In this document: in pieces, positions 29,502 through 39,436 of the stretch
How positions within the stretch are numbered: the first letter of the stretch is position 1
How the letters are laid out: the number at the start of each line of letters is the position of its first letter
Assembly: GCA_964248365.1 (NCBI GenBank)
Contig: CAXTYC010000001.1
Span: 160,001-224,000 of the forward strand
From: an uncultured Chroococcidiopsis sp.
GTDB lineage: Bacteria > Cyanobacteriota > Cyanobacteriia > Cyanobacteriales > Chroococcidiopsidaceae
Reading direction: 5' to 3'
Length of the DNA stretch: 64,000 nt
Notes under the pieces: generated by a model
Database searches by the model: none
What the model saw: the letters and a program-made list of their open reading frames with translations, nothing else
Told to the model about the DNA's origin: nothing
Translations under genes and position numbers: made by a program

Positions 29502-30530
29502 TTATCGGGATGAGGGGATGATTCCAGGTGTAGTAGTAGTTGTACTGTTGCCCGACGGTGTGCTTCCAGTTGAGTTCGTATAGCTTCTAGAATTAGAGTT
29601 ATTTGGTGTAATAGGAGTCAGAGGTTGGCTTTGTGGGGCTACGGGGGCTGCGACGGGCGCAGAGGGAGTCAATGTTCCTGATGGCGAGGTCGAATTGGGT
29701 ACAGAGCTAGGGGTATTTAATGGGGTGGAACTGGGTGATTGGGGCGTTAATCCTCCTCCAGTCGGCAAAGTTTGACCAGTAGGTGAAGTGCTATTACTAG
29801 TGCCTGTTTGACCGGAGGGAAAATTGCTGGAGGGAAAATTATTCGTAGATTGTCCCGATGTAGAGGGTGTTACCACACGCCCAGGTTGAGAGAAACTGCC
29901 ATTATCACCAAAGCCTTGTCTGACGTTACCTGGATTCAAATTATGTGGCGGTCTTGATGATGTAGAGTTAGTATCCCTTGATCGAATTCGAGATGATCGG
30001 TTAGTGTTGTTTGACCTACCTGTAGAAGTACCAGGATTAGTGGTAGCTAGGTCTTCCTCAAGTCGAAGTAGCAATCGCGCCTGATTGAAGTAAGTAATGT
30101 CGCGCCTTGCATTAGGACTAGAAGAGTTAGTGCGGCTAACTTTCAAATTCAAGACTGGGGCGATCGCACCTCGATTGTGAGCTACTACGGTAATGGAGAT
30201 ATCATCCGCCTGCCTATTTCGGGCTAAATTGTTTGCAGCTGCTGCCCTTGCAACCGCTTCCGCACGCTTGACCAAACTTTCGTAGGTTTCATTTGGTTGG
30301 CGCTCAATAGTAACGTCATAAGTAACGTCATAGCTAGCTGTTTGTGAGGAGGCAATTTGTGGGATGTATACTGCCTGTGCCAACCATAAACCGCTTCCTA
30401 ATCCCAGTGACACTAATGAGGTTGCAATCCAAGTTTTCCAGTCTTGAAGTCGAGGTTCCATCAAGACGTAGCTCAAATTGATCGCTTGATTAATTGCTGT
30501 TGAAGATTGACCGCGAATATTGTCTCGCAT
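29502..30530 (-). CDS. Hypothetical membrane/secreted protein with a long Ser/Thr/Pro-rich low-complexity C-terminus
   Basis: TM segment, VTIERQPNETYESLVKRAEAVARAA core, disordered tail; start uncertain. Confidence 0.7.
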   Translation of the reverse strand: MRDNIRGQSSTAINQAINLSYVLMEPRLQDWKTWIATSLVSLGLGSGLWLAQAVYIPQIASSQTASYDVTYDVTIERQPNETYESLVKRAEAVARAAAANNLARNRQADDISITVVAHNRGAIAPVLNLKVSRTNSSSPNARRDITYFNQARLLLRLEEDLATTNPGTSTGRSNNTNRSSRIRSRDTNSTSSRPPHNLNPGNVRQGFGDNGSFSQPGRVVTPSTSGQSTNNFPSSNFPSGQTGTSNSTSPTGQTLPTGGGLTPQSPSSTPLNTPSSVPNSTSPSGTLTPSAPVAAPVAPQSQPLTPITPNNSNSRSYTNSTGSTPSGNSTTTTTPGIIPSSR

Positions 30531-30814
30531 AGCCGCTCATTCCTTGCTTCTGACCTGGGATGATTAGCTTAGTATAACTTTATCCTCAATCATTAGTCAT
30601 CTTCACGAATGGCGCTTTTAGTGGAACCAGTGACTAGTGGCGCTTTGGCTAGAAATGAGGAGCGTTCTTCGCAGGGGGAGCAGGGGAGAGTGGGAATCAG
30701 GGGAGAGTGGGAGATGAAGAATTAACTATTCTGACTTCTGTCTTCTGTCTCCTGACTTGGAGACTTCTGACTACTAACTACTGACTTCTATCTACTCACT
30801 ACTTTTCTACTTAC

Positions 30815-31192
30815 TTAGCAGTAGCAGGTAACGTCTTCACCACATTCATCAGCTAGATAGCATAGCGCCCGAAAACGTAAGCTAACGACTTCTTCATAAA
30901 GTGGGTTGAGCTTACACATTGGCGGGATGTGGAAGAGTGTGCGACCCATAAAACATACATCACGCTCAAAAGGACACTGCGCCGGAATAAGTTTGCATAG
31001 GCGATGTGCGATTTTGGGATTGCGGATTTTAACGCTGTCTAGCCATTGACGTAGCGGTTGCAGAATATCAACGGTAGGCTTTTTAATTGGCTGGTGTGTA
31101 TGGTCGATATTACTAACAGGTGCTGATTCTTGGTCAATCCAAATCAAGCTAGCTAGAGAAATATCTTGAGTTGTATAGGGGGAAGCATTCAT
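30815..31192 (-). CDS. Mo-dependent nitrogenase C-terminal domain (Mo-nitro_C) small protein
   Basis: LRQWLD...LCKLIPAQCPFERD...HIPPMCKLNPLYEEVVSLRFRALCYLADECGED. Confidence 0.85.
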   Translation of the reverse strand: MNASPYTTQDISLASLIWIDQESAPVSNIDHTHQPIKKPTVDILQPLRQWLDSVKIRNPKIAHRLCKLIPAQCPFERDVCFMGRTLFHIPPMCKLNPLYEEVVSLRFRALCYLADECGEDVTCYC

Positions 31193-31497
31193 AGTTCACT
31201 CCTCTATTTGGTTCAGCTAAATTGAACTTTCTACAGAATATCTACAATGTTTTAACGCTTTTTCCCGAAATAAGTTTCCGTTAGTTAGAAATTTATAACG
31301 AGGTTATTTACTTTTTCTTAGGTACTTACTACTACTTCATTACGTTACCTAACGATTTGGCATAAACAGAAGGTTGGTCGGGTAATTTTGTCAGAATTTT
31401 AATCTATTTAAAACTTTAGTGAAGCAAAGCATATTTGACTGGCGGCAGATGTAAAAGCAGCATCTATTTAATGCATTAAAAACATTTATAAATATTC

Positions 31498-31513
31498 TGT
31501 ATTTAAAGATACA
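31498..31513. promoter_or_regulatory. Candidate NtcA binding site
   Basis: TGTA-TTTAAAGA-TACA matches TGTAN8TACA exactly; no -10 box at the class II spacing. Confidence 0.4.
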
Positions 31514-31803
31514 TCTATATTTTTTGTTGCTTTCAATACAACTTGTCCAATCAATCTATCTTTTTTTTAAACCTCTCAATTTAGATTTGCTTTAGATTTT
31601 GGCTGAAATATCTTACTTTTGAATGAGAAACATTACTGAAGTTTGTGAGAATCTAAAGAAAATATTAAAAGTAATTTGCGTAAATTTACTGAGGGTATTT
31701 ATTCTTATAATGGTTGGGCGTGGGTTGGTACGCTGTTTGCCTTCCAGGCTCTGTCAGGTGGGAACGAGTCTTACCGATACTCTAATAGAGGCTGAAACTG
31801 GAT

Positions 31804-31956
31804 ACAACTAGTTACCCAGTCTGAGACTGGGTACTAAATAGGGGAGGTTCGCTCCTCGTTAGAGTGCAAGATGTGAGTTGATATTCTGTTGTAGCGGTGT
31901 TTGACAACTAGTACCCAGTTTGAGACTGGGTACTAAATAGGGGAGGTTCGCTCCTC
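31804..31956. repeat. Two direct copies of a 53-54-nt double-hairpin unit (candidate sRNA module)
   Basis: 31804-31857 and 31904-31956 differ by one indel and one substitution; 46-nt unique spacer. Confidence 0.85.
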
Positions 31957-31978
31957 CTTTACTGTGCATCAGTCGCAC

Positions 31979-32019
31979 AAAAATTAGGGGCGGAAGGCGA
32001 TCATACCCTCCACCCCTAA
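31979..32019 (-). terminator. Intrinsic terminator of the asd-dapA-rnj operon
   Basis: TTAGGGG...CCCCTAA stem followed by a T-run on the minus strand, about 20 nt after the rnj stop. Confidence 0.7.
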
Positions 32020-32037
32020 GCGCTGCGTAACTTAAAA

Positions 32038-33807
32038 TTACGATGCTACTTGCGCGGCGGCAGAACGCCTGCGTCTTCTCCCATCGGCAACCTTTACAGG
32101 TTCTTCCGGTGTTGGCATCAACAAGGTGACAGTAGGTTGGCATTGCAGTTCGCGCCGAATTGCTCGCCCTAGTTCCCGCTCTAAATGTGCTTGCAATCCA
32201 GCCCAATCTACATCTGGTTGTTGCCCGTCAAAGGATTGGGCAAAACCTGACCAGCGATCGCTTAGAATTTGTTCTATGCGCTCTTGCACCCACTTTTGCA
32301 GCAAAGAACGCTCCATTGATGTCACTACACCCCGTAGGTGAATCTCTGGCTTCGTCAACAGCTTGCCATTCCAATCAATCGCCGCAGCAATTGTAATGAT
32401 GCCTTCTTCTGCCATCTGCTGGCGTTCCTGTAGCACTTGACCGTTGACAATCCCACAGCCAGATGTATCTACCAGTTCAATACCTGATGGTACTTTCCCA
32501 CCTACTCTAATCTCATCCTGGGACAGTTCCACCACATCGCCATTGTTGATAATCACCATGTTTTCAGGTGGGATGCCCATGCTTTGCGCTGTCTGAGAGT
32601 GTTTGACTAACATCCGATGCTCTCCATGCACTGGCAAGAAGAATTTAGGACGAGTTAGGGCAATCATCAACTTTTGGTCTTCTTGACAACCATGCCCAGA
32701 TACGTGAATTCCCTGTTCTCGACCATAGACTACTTTAGCGCCCTGCATCATTAACCGATCAATTGTATTCACTACGGCGATCGTATTGCCTGGAATCGGG
32801 TTAGCTGAGAATACTACTGTGTCTCCAGGGCGGATTTTGAGGTGGGGATGTTCACCTCTGGAGATACGAGTCATGGCTGACATCGGTTCGCCTTGTGAAC
32901 CCGTCGTTAGAATCAAGACTTTCTCGTCAGGTAGTTGACGGATAGAATTCAACGGCTGCAACAAATTATCTGGACACTTGATATATCCTAAATTGCGGGC
33001 ATGGGCAATTAAATTCAGCATTGAACGCCCTACCACTGACACAACTCGATTATGCTTCTGCGCCAGTTCCAAAATCATATTGATTCGGTGTACCGACGAA
33101 GCAAAGGTTGTGACTAGCACTCGTCCAGCCGCCCCAGAGATAATGCGGTCAAGATTGGGATAAACTGAGCGTTCGGAAGGTGTGTGTCCAGGGACTTCTG
33201 AGTTAGTAGAGTCGCTAATTAGGCAAAGTACACCTTTTTCACCGTGTTCGGCTAGCCGCTGTATATCAAAAAACTCGCCATCAACGGGGGTATGGTCAAA
33301 TTTAAAGTCTCCCGTGTGGATTACTACTCCGATTGGGGTGTGAATGGCAACGGTGAAACTATCGGCAATTGAGTGGGTGTTGCGGATGAATTCTACCAAA
33401 AATCCAGAGCCAATTCTTACTATTTCGCGGGGACGAACTGATCTTAATTCGGTGCGATCGCGTACTCCTGCTTCTTCGAGTTTTCCCTCTAGCATTGCCA
33501 TCGCTAGGCGAGGACCATAAATTACTGGAATATCAAACTGCTTTAGGTGAAATGCTATCCCGCCAATGTGATCTTCATGACCGTGAGTGACGATCATGCC
33601 TTTAATCTTATGCCGATTTTCTCGCAAGTAAGTTACATCTGGCAGGACGATATTTACTCCGTGCATCTCATCGGTGGGAAAAGCTAGTCCAGCGTCTAAC
33701 AGAACGATTTCATCGTTGTACTCGAAAACACACGTATTTTTTCCAATTTCATGCAATCCACCCAGAGGAATAATTTTCAGGGCAGAGTCGGTTTCGTTTT
33801 TGCTCAT
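32038..33807 (-). CDS. rnj: Ribonuclease J
   Basis: IPLGGLHEIGKN, THGHEDHIGG, HTGDFKFD, TGSQGEP, HVSGHG, PVHGEHRM. Confidence 0.96.
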   Translation of the reverse strand: MSKNETDSALKIIPLGGLHEIGKNTCVFEYNDEIVLLDAGLAFPTDEMHGVNIVLPDVTYLRENRHKIKGMIVTHGHEDHIGGIAFHLKQFDIPVIYGPRLAMAMLEGKLEEAGVRDRTELRSVRPREIVRIGSGFLVEFIRNTHSIADSFTVAIHTPIGVVIHTGDFKFDHTPVDGEFFDIQRLAEHGEKGVLCLISDSTNSEVPGHTPSERSVYPNLDRIISGAAGRVLVTTFASSVHRINMILELAQKHNRVVSVVGRSMLNLIAHARNLGYIKCPDNLLQPLNSIRQLPDEKVLILTTGSQGEPMSAMTRISRGEHPHLKIRPGDTVVFSANPIPGNTIAVVNTIDRLMMQGAKVVYGREQGIHVSGHGCQEDQKLMIALTRPKFFLPVHGEHRMLVKHSQTAQSMGIPPENMVIINNGDVVELSQDEIRVGGKVPSGIELVDTSGCGIVNGQVLQERQQMAEEGIITIAAAIDWNGKLLTKPEIHLRGVVTSMERSLLQKWVQERIEQILSDRWSGFAQSFDGQQPDVDWAGLQAHLERELGRAIRRELQCQPTVTLLMPTPEEPVKVADGRRRRRSAAAQVAS

Positions 33808-33989
33808 TTGTTTCCTTAGATTCAGTTGTTTTTTTTGCAGATAAAAAGAGTTAACCCAAGTAGCGCAATAGTTCTAAATTGTTTACTAGAGTAATTTTCT
33901 ATACACTGGAATATTCCTATAAAAGCTGTCGGGGATAGCATTTATCAGGATGTTTGGCGCAGCACATATTTAGTTGTCAAAATCGCAGC

Positions 33990-34874
33990 TTACACTAAAG
34001 CTAAATCTGCCAGAACTGCTTTTAATTTTTCGCTTACCCATTGAGAGTCTTCGCACAGAGGTGGACGAGTAGAACCTACATCCCAGCCTTGGAGTTTCAA
34101 CGCCTCTTTAATTGGAATTGGATTAGTAGTCACAAATAAAGCTTTGAACAGTCCGAACAGCTTTAGATGAATTTGATTAGCAACTTGAACTTGTCCTGTT
34201 TCAAAGGATGAGATCATTTGTTGCAGTTGCTTGCCAACTAAATGACTTGCCACACTCACCACGCCACAGCCACCAATGGCAAGCATTGGTAATGTCAGAG
34301 AATCATCACCAGAATAGATTTTGAAATCAGGATGCGTGATTCGGCGAATTTCACTTGCTTGGTCTAAATTCCCGCTTGACTCTTTTACCGCCACAATGTT
34401 GTCAACTTCAGCTAAACGAGCAATTGTTTCTGGCTGAAGATTTTGACCTGTACGACCTGGTATGTTGTATAGCAACATCGGTAGGTCGGGGACTGATGAC
34501 GCGATCGCCTGGAAGTGGTGATACAATCCGGCTTGCGGCGGCTTATTGTAATAGGGAACGACTTGTAAAGATCCATGTACTCCTATTTTAGCGGCTTTTT
34601 GGGTTGCTGCGATCGCTTCTTCTGTGGAATTTGAACCAGTTCCCGCAATCACCAAAGCTTTACCCGCCACTGCTTTAATTACCACCTGAAATAACTGATA
34701 TTCTTCATCCCAATTCAGTGTAGGTGATTCTCCGGTTGTACCACACACTACTAATGCATCTGTACCCCCATCTGCCAGATGTGCTGCTAGTTGTTCTGCT
34801 ACGGCATAATTCACACTGCCGTCAGGGTTAAACGGCGTAACCATAGCGGTTATAACCCGTCCAAAATCTACCAC
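33990..34874 (-). CDS. dapA: 4-hydroxy-tetrahydrodipicolinate synthase
   Basis: [42 protein letters not shown]. Confidence 0.96.
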   Translation of the reverse strand: MVDFGRVITAMVTPFNPDGSVNYAVAEQLAAHLADGGTDALVVCGTTGESPTLNWDEEYQLFQVVIKAVAGKALVIAGTGSNSTEEAIAATQKAAKIGVHGSLQVVPYYNKPPQAGLYHHFQAIASSVPDLPMLLYNIPGRTGQNLQPETIARLAEVDNIVAVKESSGNLDQASEIRRITHPDFKIYSGDDSLTLPMLAIGGCGVVSVASHLVGKQLQQMISSFETGQVQVANQIHLKLFGLFKALFVTTNPIPIKEALKLQGWDVGSTRPPLCEDSQWVSEKLKAVLADLALV

Positions 34875-35014
34875 ACTCTTCTAGCTCCTCATTCACTTGG
34901 GTGTAAAGAAGGGGAAAGGGAAAGGGAAACAATTATCAATTATCAATTATCAATTGTTCATTGCTCCTGAAGCCCCTATGCCCCTTATGCCCCTTATGCC
35001 CCTGCCCCTTATGC

Positions 35015-36073
35015 CTACACCCTAGACGCTACACCCATTTCTGAAATTCCCGAAGGCTTGAGCAGATCTTTTTCTACCAATAACTCGGCGATTTGTACCG
35101 CATTCAATGCCGCACCTTTGCGGATTTGGTCGCCACAAAGCCAAAGTTCTAATCCACAAGGATGAGAGATATCCGAACGTATACGACCTACTAACACTTC
35201 ATCTCGTCCGGTTGCTTCTATGGGCATGGGAAAATGATTTGCTGCCCAGTCTTCCATTAATTGAACACCTGGGGCGTGACTCAAAATTTCCCTTGCCTCT
35301 GCTGGAGTCAAAGGCTGCTCAAATTCTAGGTTAATTGCTTCTGAGTGCGCCCTTAGTACGGGAACCCGCACACAGGTTGCGGTAATTCTTAGCTGTGGGG
35401 CAGAGAAAATTTTGCGTGTTTCGTTAACCATTTTCATTTCTTCCTCACAGTACCCTTGGTCGTTTAAGGGTGAGTTGTGGGGAAAGAGGTTAAACGCTAA
35501 TGGGTAAGGAAAAACTTCTGCTGTTGCTGGCTTGTCTTGAAGTATTGCTAGAGATTGATTTTTGACTTCTTCCATTGCCCTTGCGCCAGCACCACTTGCC
35601 GATTGGTAAGTGGCTGCAACAATTCGTTGCACCTTTCTCACTTTATGCAAGGGGTAAACGGCAACTGCCATCAAAATTGTAGTGCAGTTGGGATTTGCAA
35701 TGATGCCCTTGTGGGTAAGGGCGGCTTGTGGGTTTACCTCTGGTACTACTAGAGGTACTTCTGGGTTCATCCGAAAAGCACTAGAGTTGTCAATCACCAC
35801 TGCGCCCCTTGCGACGGCTTTCGGGGCTAGCGCTTTTGAGGTAGCACCACCTGCTGAAGCTAGAACTATATCTATATTCTCAAACGAGCGATCGCTTACT
35901 GCCTCTACTGGTATATCTTCACCCCGAAACCGCATCGTTCTTCCAGCACTCCTCGCCGATGCCAATAGCCGCAAATGGGCTACGGGAAAATTCCGCTGCT
36001 CTAGCAGTTCGAGTAATTCTGTGCCAACTGCTCCTGTTGCCCCTAAAATCGCTACACGATAAGATCCTTTCAA
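35015..36073 (-). CDS. asd: Aspartate-semialdehyde dehydrogenase
   Basis: GATGAVG, IDNSSAFR, ANPNCTT, YQSASGAG, CVRVPV, DQIRKGAALNAVQIAE; TTG start at 36073 after GGGAGG. Confidence 0.96.
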   Translation of the reverse strand: MKGSYRVAILGATGAVGTELLELLEQRNFPVAHLRLLASARSAGRTMRFRGEDIPVEAVSDRSFENIDIVLASAGGATSKALAPKAVARGAVVIDNSSAFRMNPEVPLVVPEVNPQAALTHKGIIANPNCTTILMAVAVYPLHKVRKVQRIVAATYQSASGAGARAMEEVKNQSLAILQDKPATAEVFPYPLAFNLFPHNSPLNDQGYCEEEMKMVNETRKIFSAPQLRITATCVRVPVLRAHSEAINLEFEQPLTPAEAREILSHAPGVQLMEDWAANHFPMPIEATGRDEVLVGRIRSDISHPCGLELWLCGDQIRKGAALNAVQIAELLVEKDLLKPSGISEMGVASRV

Positions 36074-37040
36074 ACTTAATAGCCTCCCTTTCAACAGTAC
36101 AATCAAACAATTTTCTTTTAAGACTTGTAAATATTTTTCATTTTAAATACTAATATTTCATTTTAGCCCAGTTAATTGAATGACAATAATTTGCTACTTT
36201 CAAGATTTTGAAACATTTTTTATAGTAAGCAATAATTGTATTGAATCTGTCGTCTGTTGGTTATTGTGAATAAAAGTTAGGCTTTTAAGACAATATGTAA
36301 AAATTTAAGTGCTTTTAATCAAGATCATCGCATATAAGATCCCATATTGTCAGAAAATTAAGGATGAAAGCAAAAATATATAATGGTGGTTGATAAAAGA
36401 ATAATGTAATATGATGCAAATGCAAAGAAAATCAGCTAATAAGTTCTCACTACCAAAGTGTAAGCTCAAGATCTGGTAGACAAAATAGCTACTGGTCCGT
36501 CAGCATCGCGTTTTTGCGCGTTGGCACGTCATGGTTTAGCCTAAGCGACAGATAGCAGCGAAGCAGCAAAGTGCGTTATTGCTAGGGACTCTGAAAGGGG
36601 GCATCTGCTAAACCGAAAACAAGTTTAGTGGCACAATCAGGATAGCACAGTATCTAGAGGAACTAGGGACTAGGGGCTAGGGGCTAGAGAAGAAATATAG
36701 CATACCGTAGGGTTTTATTGGTGCAAAATTTGAATTACAGCAAACCAATTGCACTTCTATCGGGTTTTATAATCCAAAATCTAAAATCCAAAATGGTACA
36801 CTCTCTATTTGAGTCATGAAATACTCGCTCTAGTCGTCATTGGTGTTGAACATAGACGCGCACATGGGAATCTGCTAGGGCGCTTGATGCAAAGGACGCT
36901 CGTACAAAGGACAAGTTACGTACCACGTCGGGGCATAATGCTTGAAGCTCCACTTTTGCCAACGGTGACTCAAAATAAGAGAAATACATCAGCGAGTGAA
37001 GCGATCGCGCAGTCAAAAAATAGTCGGAAAATAAAGCAAG

Positions 37041-38483
37041 ATGAAAGTCACCCAGGAAAAACTTCCCGCTAGTCAGATTGGTCTGGAAATAGAAATTCCA
37101 CCGGAAAAATCCCAGCAAAGTTACGAGCAAGTAATTCAAAACTTTACCCGTGCTGCCAATATTCCTGGGTTTCGTAAAGGCAAAGTGCCTCGCCAGATAT
37201 TGCTTGCTCGGCTAGGGGTAGCTCGCATCAAAGCAACGGCTCTAGAAGAATTGATTCAAAATAGCATTACTGAAGCAATCAAGCAAGCAGACATTAAGCC
37301 AATTGGTCAACCTCAGCTACGCTCTTCTTTTGAAGACTTAATTAGCTCTTTTGAACCAGGACAACCACTAACCTTTTCGGCTGCCATCGATGTAATGCCA
37401 GATGTAAATCTGAGTGGGTACACTGGCTTGCAAGTCCAAGCAGAGGAAGTGAAGCCAGATGCGACAGGAATCGAAAAAGTCTTGGAAGAAAATCGTAGCG
37501 AAAGGGCGACATTAATTCCCGTCGAAGGACGTGCGGCGCAAATGGGAGATGTGGCGGTAGCAGATTTTAAAGGTTATCTGGCAAACGAGGGCGAGGAACA
37601 AGCCGAACCTGAAGAGATTCCTGGTGCTTCTGCTACCGACTTTCAAGTCGAACTACAGCCAGGACGGTTTATTGAAGGTTTCATTGATGGCATAGTGGGG
37701 ATGAATCCAGGGGAAACCAAAGAAATAGAAGCACGGTTTCCCGATGATTATCCACAGAAAGAATTAGCAGGTAAAGCCGCTAAGTTCACAGTGACATTGA
37801 AAGAAATCAAAGAAAAAGAGCTACCAGAACTGGATGATGATTTCGCGCAAGAAATCAGCGAGTTTGAAACCTTAGAGGAATTGCGCTCTGATCTAGAATC
37901 AAGATTTCAATCGGAGGCTGAGCGTAAAACTAAAGCTAACAAACAGCAGGCACTCTCGGATGCATTGCTAAAGCTTGTAGAAGTGGAATTACCAGAAACT
38001 TTGGTTGAGCAAGAAGTAGATTCGTTGCTTAGCCAAACAGCAATGCAACTGAGTAGACAAGGAATTGATATTAAGAAATTGTTTACTCAGGAGATGTTAC
38101 CAGCTTTACGCTCGCGATCGCGCCCAGAGGCAATCGAGCGACTCAAGCGATCGCTTGCCTTACAAGAAGTGGCTAAACGAGAATCTATTCAGGTAGAACC
38201 AGCAGCAGTTGAAGCACGAGTTAAAGAGCTATTGCAGCAGTACTCGGATCGAGACATCGATCAAAATAGACTGCGAGAAGTGGTAGAAGAAGAACTTTTG
38301 ACCGAAAAAATTATGGATTGGTTAGAAGAACATTCTACCATTGAACTTGTACCTGAAGGTTCTTTGACGGCAAATGAGGAAGACGAACAGGAAGAAATTA
38401 CGTCAAGCGGGGAAGATGCACCTGCTGAGCAAAGCGATGCACCCGTCAACCTGGTTGACACAGAACAATCTGAAACTGAATAA
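37041..38483 (+). CDS. tig: Trigger factor
   Basis: IPGFRKGKVP ribosome-binding motif, FKBP domain (FIEGFIDGIVGM); upstream of clpP-clpX. Confidence 0.96.
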   Translation: MKVTQEKLPASQIGLEIEIPPEKSQQSYEQVIQNFTRAANIPGFRKGKVPRQILLARLGVARIKATALEELIQNSITEAIKQADIKPIGQPQLRSSFEDLISSFEPGQPLTFSAAIDVMPDVNLSGYTGLQVQAEEVKPDATGIEKVLEENRSERATLIPVEGRAAQMGDVAVADFKGYLANEGEEQAEPEEIPGASATDFQVELQPGRFIEGFIDGIVGMNPGETKEIEARFPDDYPQKELAGKAAKFTVTLKEIKEKELPELDDDFAQEISEFETLEELRSDLESRFQSEAERKTKANKQQALSDALLKLVEVELPETLVEQEVDSLLSQTAMQLSRQGIDIKKLFTQEMLPALRSRSRPEAIERLKRSLALQEVAKRESIQVEPAAVEARVKELLQQYSDRDIDQNRLREVVEEELLTEKIMDWLEEHSTIELVPEGSLTANEEDEQEEITSSGEDAPAEQSDAPVNLVDTEQSETE

Positions 38484-38730
38484 AAGGGACTAGGGACTAG
38501 GGGCTAGGGACTAGGGGACAAGGGGAAAGAACACTATTCTTAACCTCTTTTTGTCCCCCTATCCTCTTACTAGCCTCTGGTTCCTCTAGTTCCTCTCACC
38601 CCTCACCCCTCACCCCTCATTAATAAGGCATAATAGTCAATAGATAGCGGAGCCACTGATTCATATTGCTGCAAACAGCTAGAGCCAGCTAAATGCACCG
38701 CGTCCAGTCCCATTTGGCGGAAAACTGTAT

Positions 38731-39426
38731 ATGGTCGTATCTCAGTCTTTGCACGCACAAATCAGCAGCTTCCATCACTTAGACGTAAACTCCCTTGGTA
38801 GTCCCAGCAACATCGTGCCGATGGTGGTGGAACAATCAGGCATGGGAGAACGCGCCTTCGATATCTACTCCCGATTGCTCAGAGAGCGAATTATCTTTTT
38901 GGGAACCCAGGTAGATGATACTGTTGCTGACTCGATTGTTGCTCAACTATTATTCTTAGATGCTGAAGATCCAGAAAAAGACATTCAGCTATACATCAAC
39001 TCTCCAGGCGGTTCAGTAACAGCAGGAATGGCAATTTATGACACAATCCAACAAATTCGCCCAGATGTTGTTACCATTTGTTTTGGGTTAGCTGCTAGTA
39101 TGGGAGCGTTTCTCTTAACAGCGGGAGCAGCTGGTAAGCGGATGTCTCTACCTAGTGCTAGGATTATGATTCATCAACCATTAGGTGGCGCTCAAGGACA
39201 AGCAGTTGACATCGAAATTCAAGCAAGAGAAATTCTCTATCATAAACGTAGATTGAATGAATTGTTAGCTCATCACACAGGTAAGCCATTGGAGAGAATT
39301 GAAGCCGATACTGAAAGAGACTTTTTCATGTCGGCAGCAGAAGCGAAAGATTATGGATTAATCGATCAAGTTATCTCCAGGCAAAATAATCTCCCCCGTG
39401 TCGAAGCAGTCACCACAGTGAAATAA
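38731..39426 (+). CDS. clpP: ATP-dependent Clp protease proteolytic subunit
   Basis: [47 protein letters not shown]. Confidence 0.97.
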   Translation: MVVSQSLHAQISSFHHLDVNSLGSPSNIVPMVVEQSGMGERAFDIYSRLLRERIIFLGTQVDDTVADSIVAQLLFLDAEDPEKDIQLYINSPGGSVTAGMAIYDTIQQIRPDVVTICFGLAASMGAFLLTAGAAGKRMSLPSARIMIHQPLGGAQGQAVDIEIQAREILYHKRRLNELLAHHTGKPLERIEADTERDFFMSAAEAKDYGLIDQVISRQNNLPRVEAVTTVK

Positions 39427-39436
39427 GAGGCTTGCT

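Noticed and set aside
30815..31192. Nitrogenase gene cluster
   Set aside because: The domain name is misleading; no nifHDK or other nif genes are present
31750..31770. SRP RNA (ffs), suggested by GTCAGGTGGGAACGAG
   Set aside because: Lacks the GGAA tetraloop stem and AGCAG motif of SRP domain IV
31804..31956. Mini CRISPR array
   Set aside because: Only two units, 53-54 nt is longer than typical CRISPR repeats, there is no GTT...AAC-type terminus and no cas genes in the window; kept as an sRNA candidate instead
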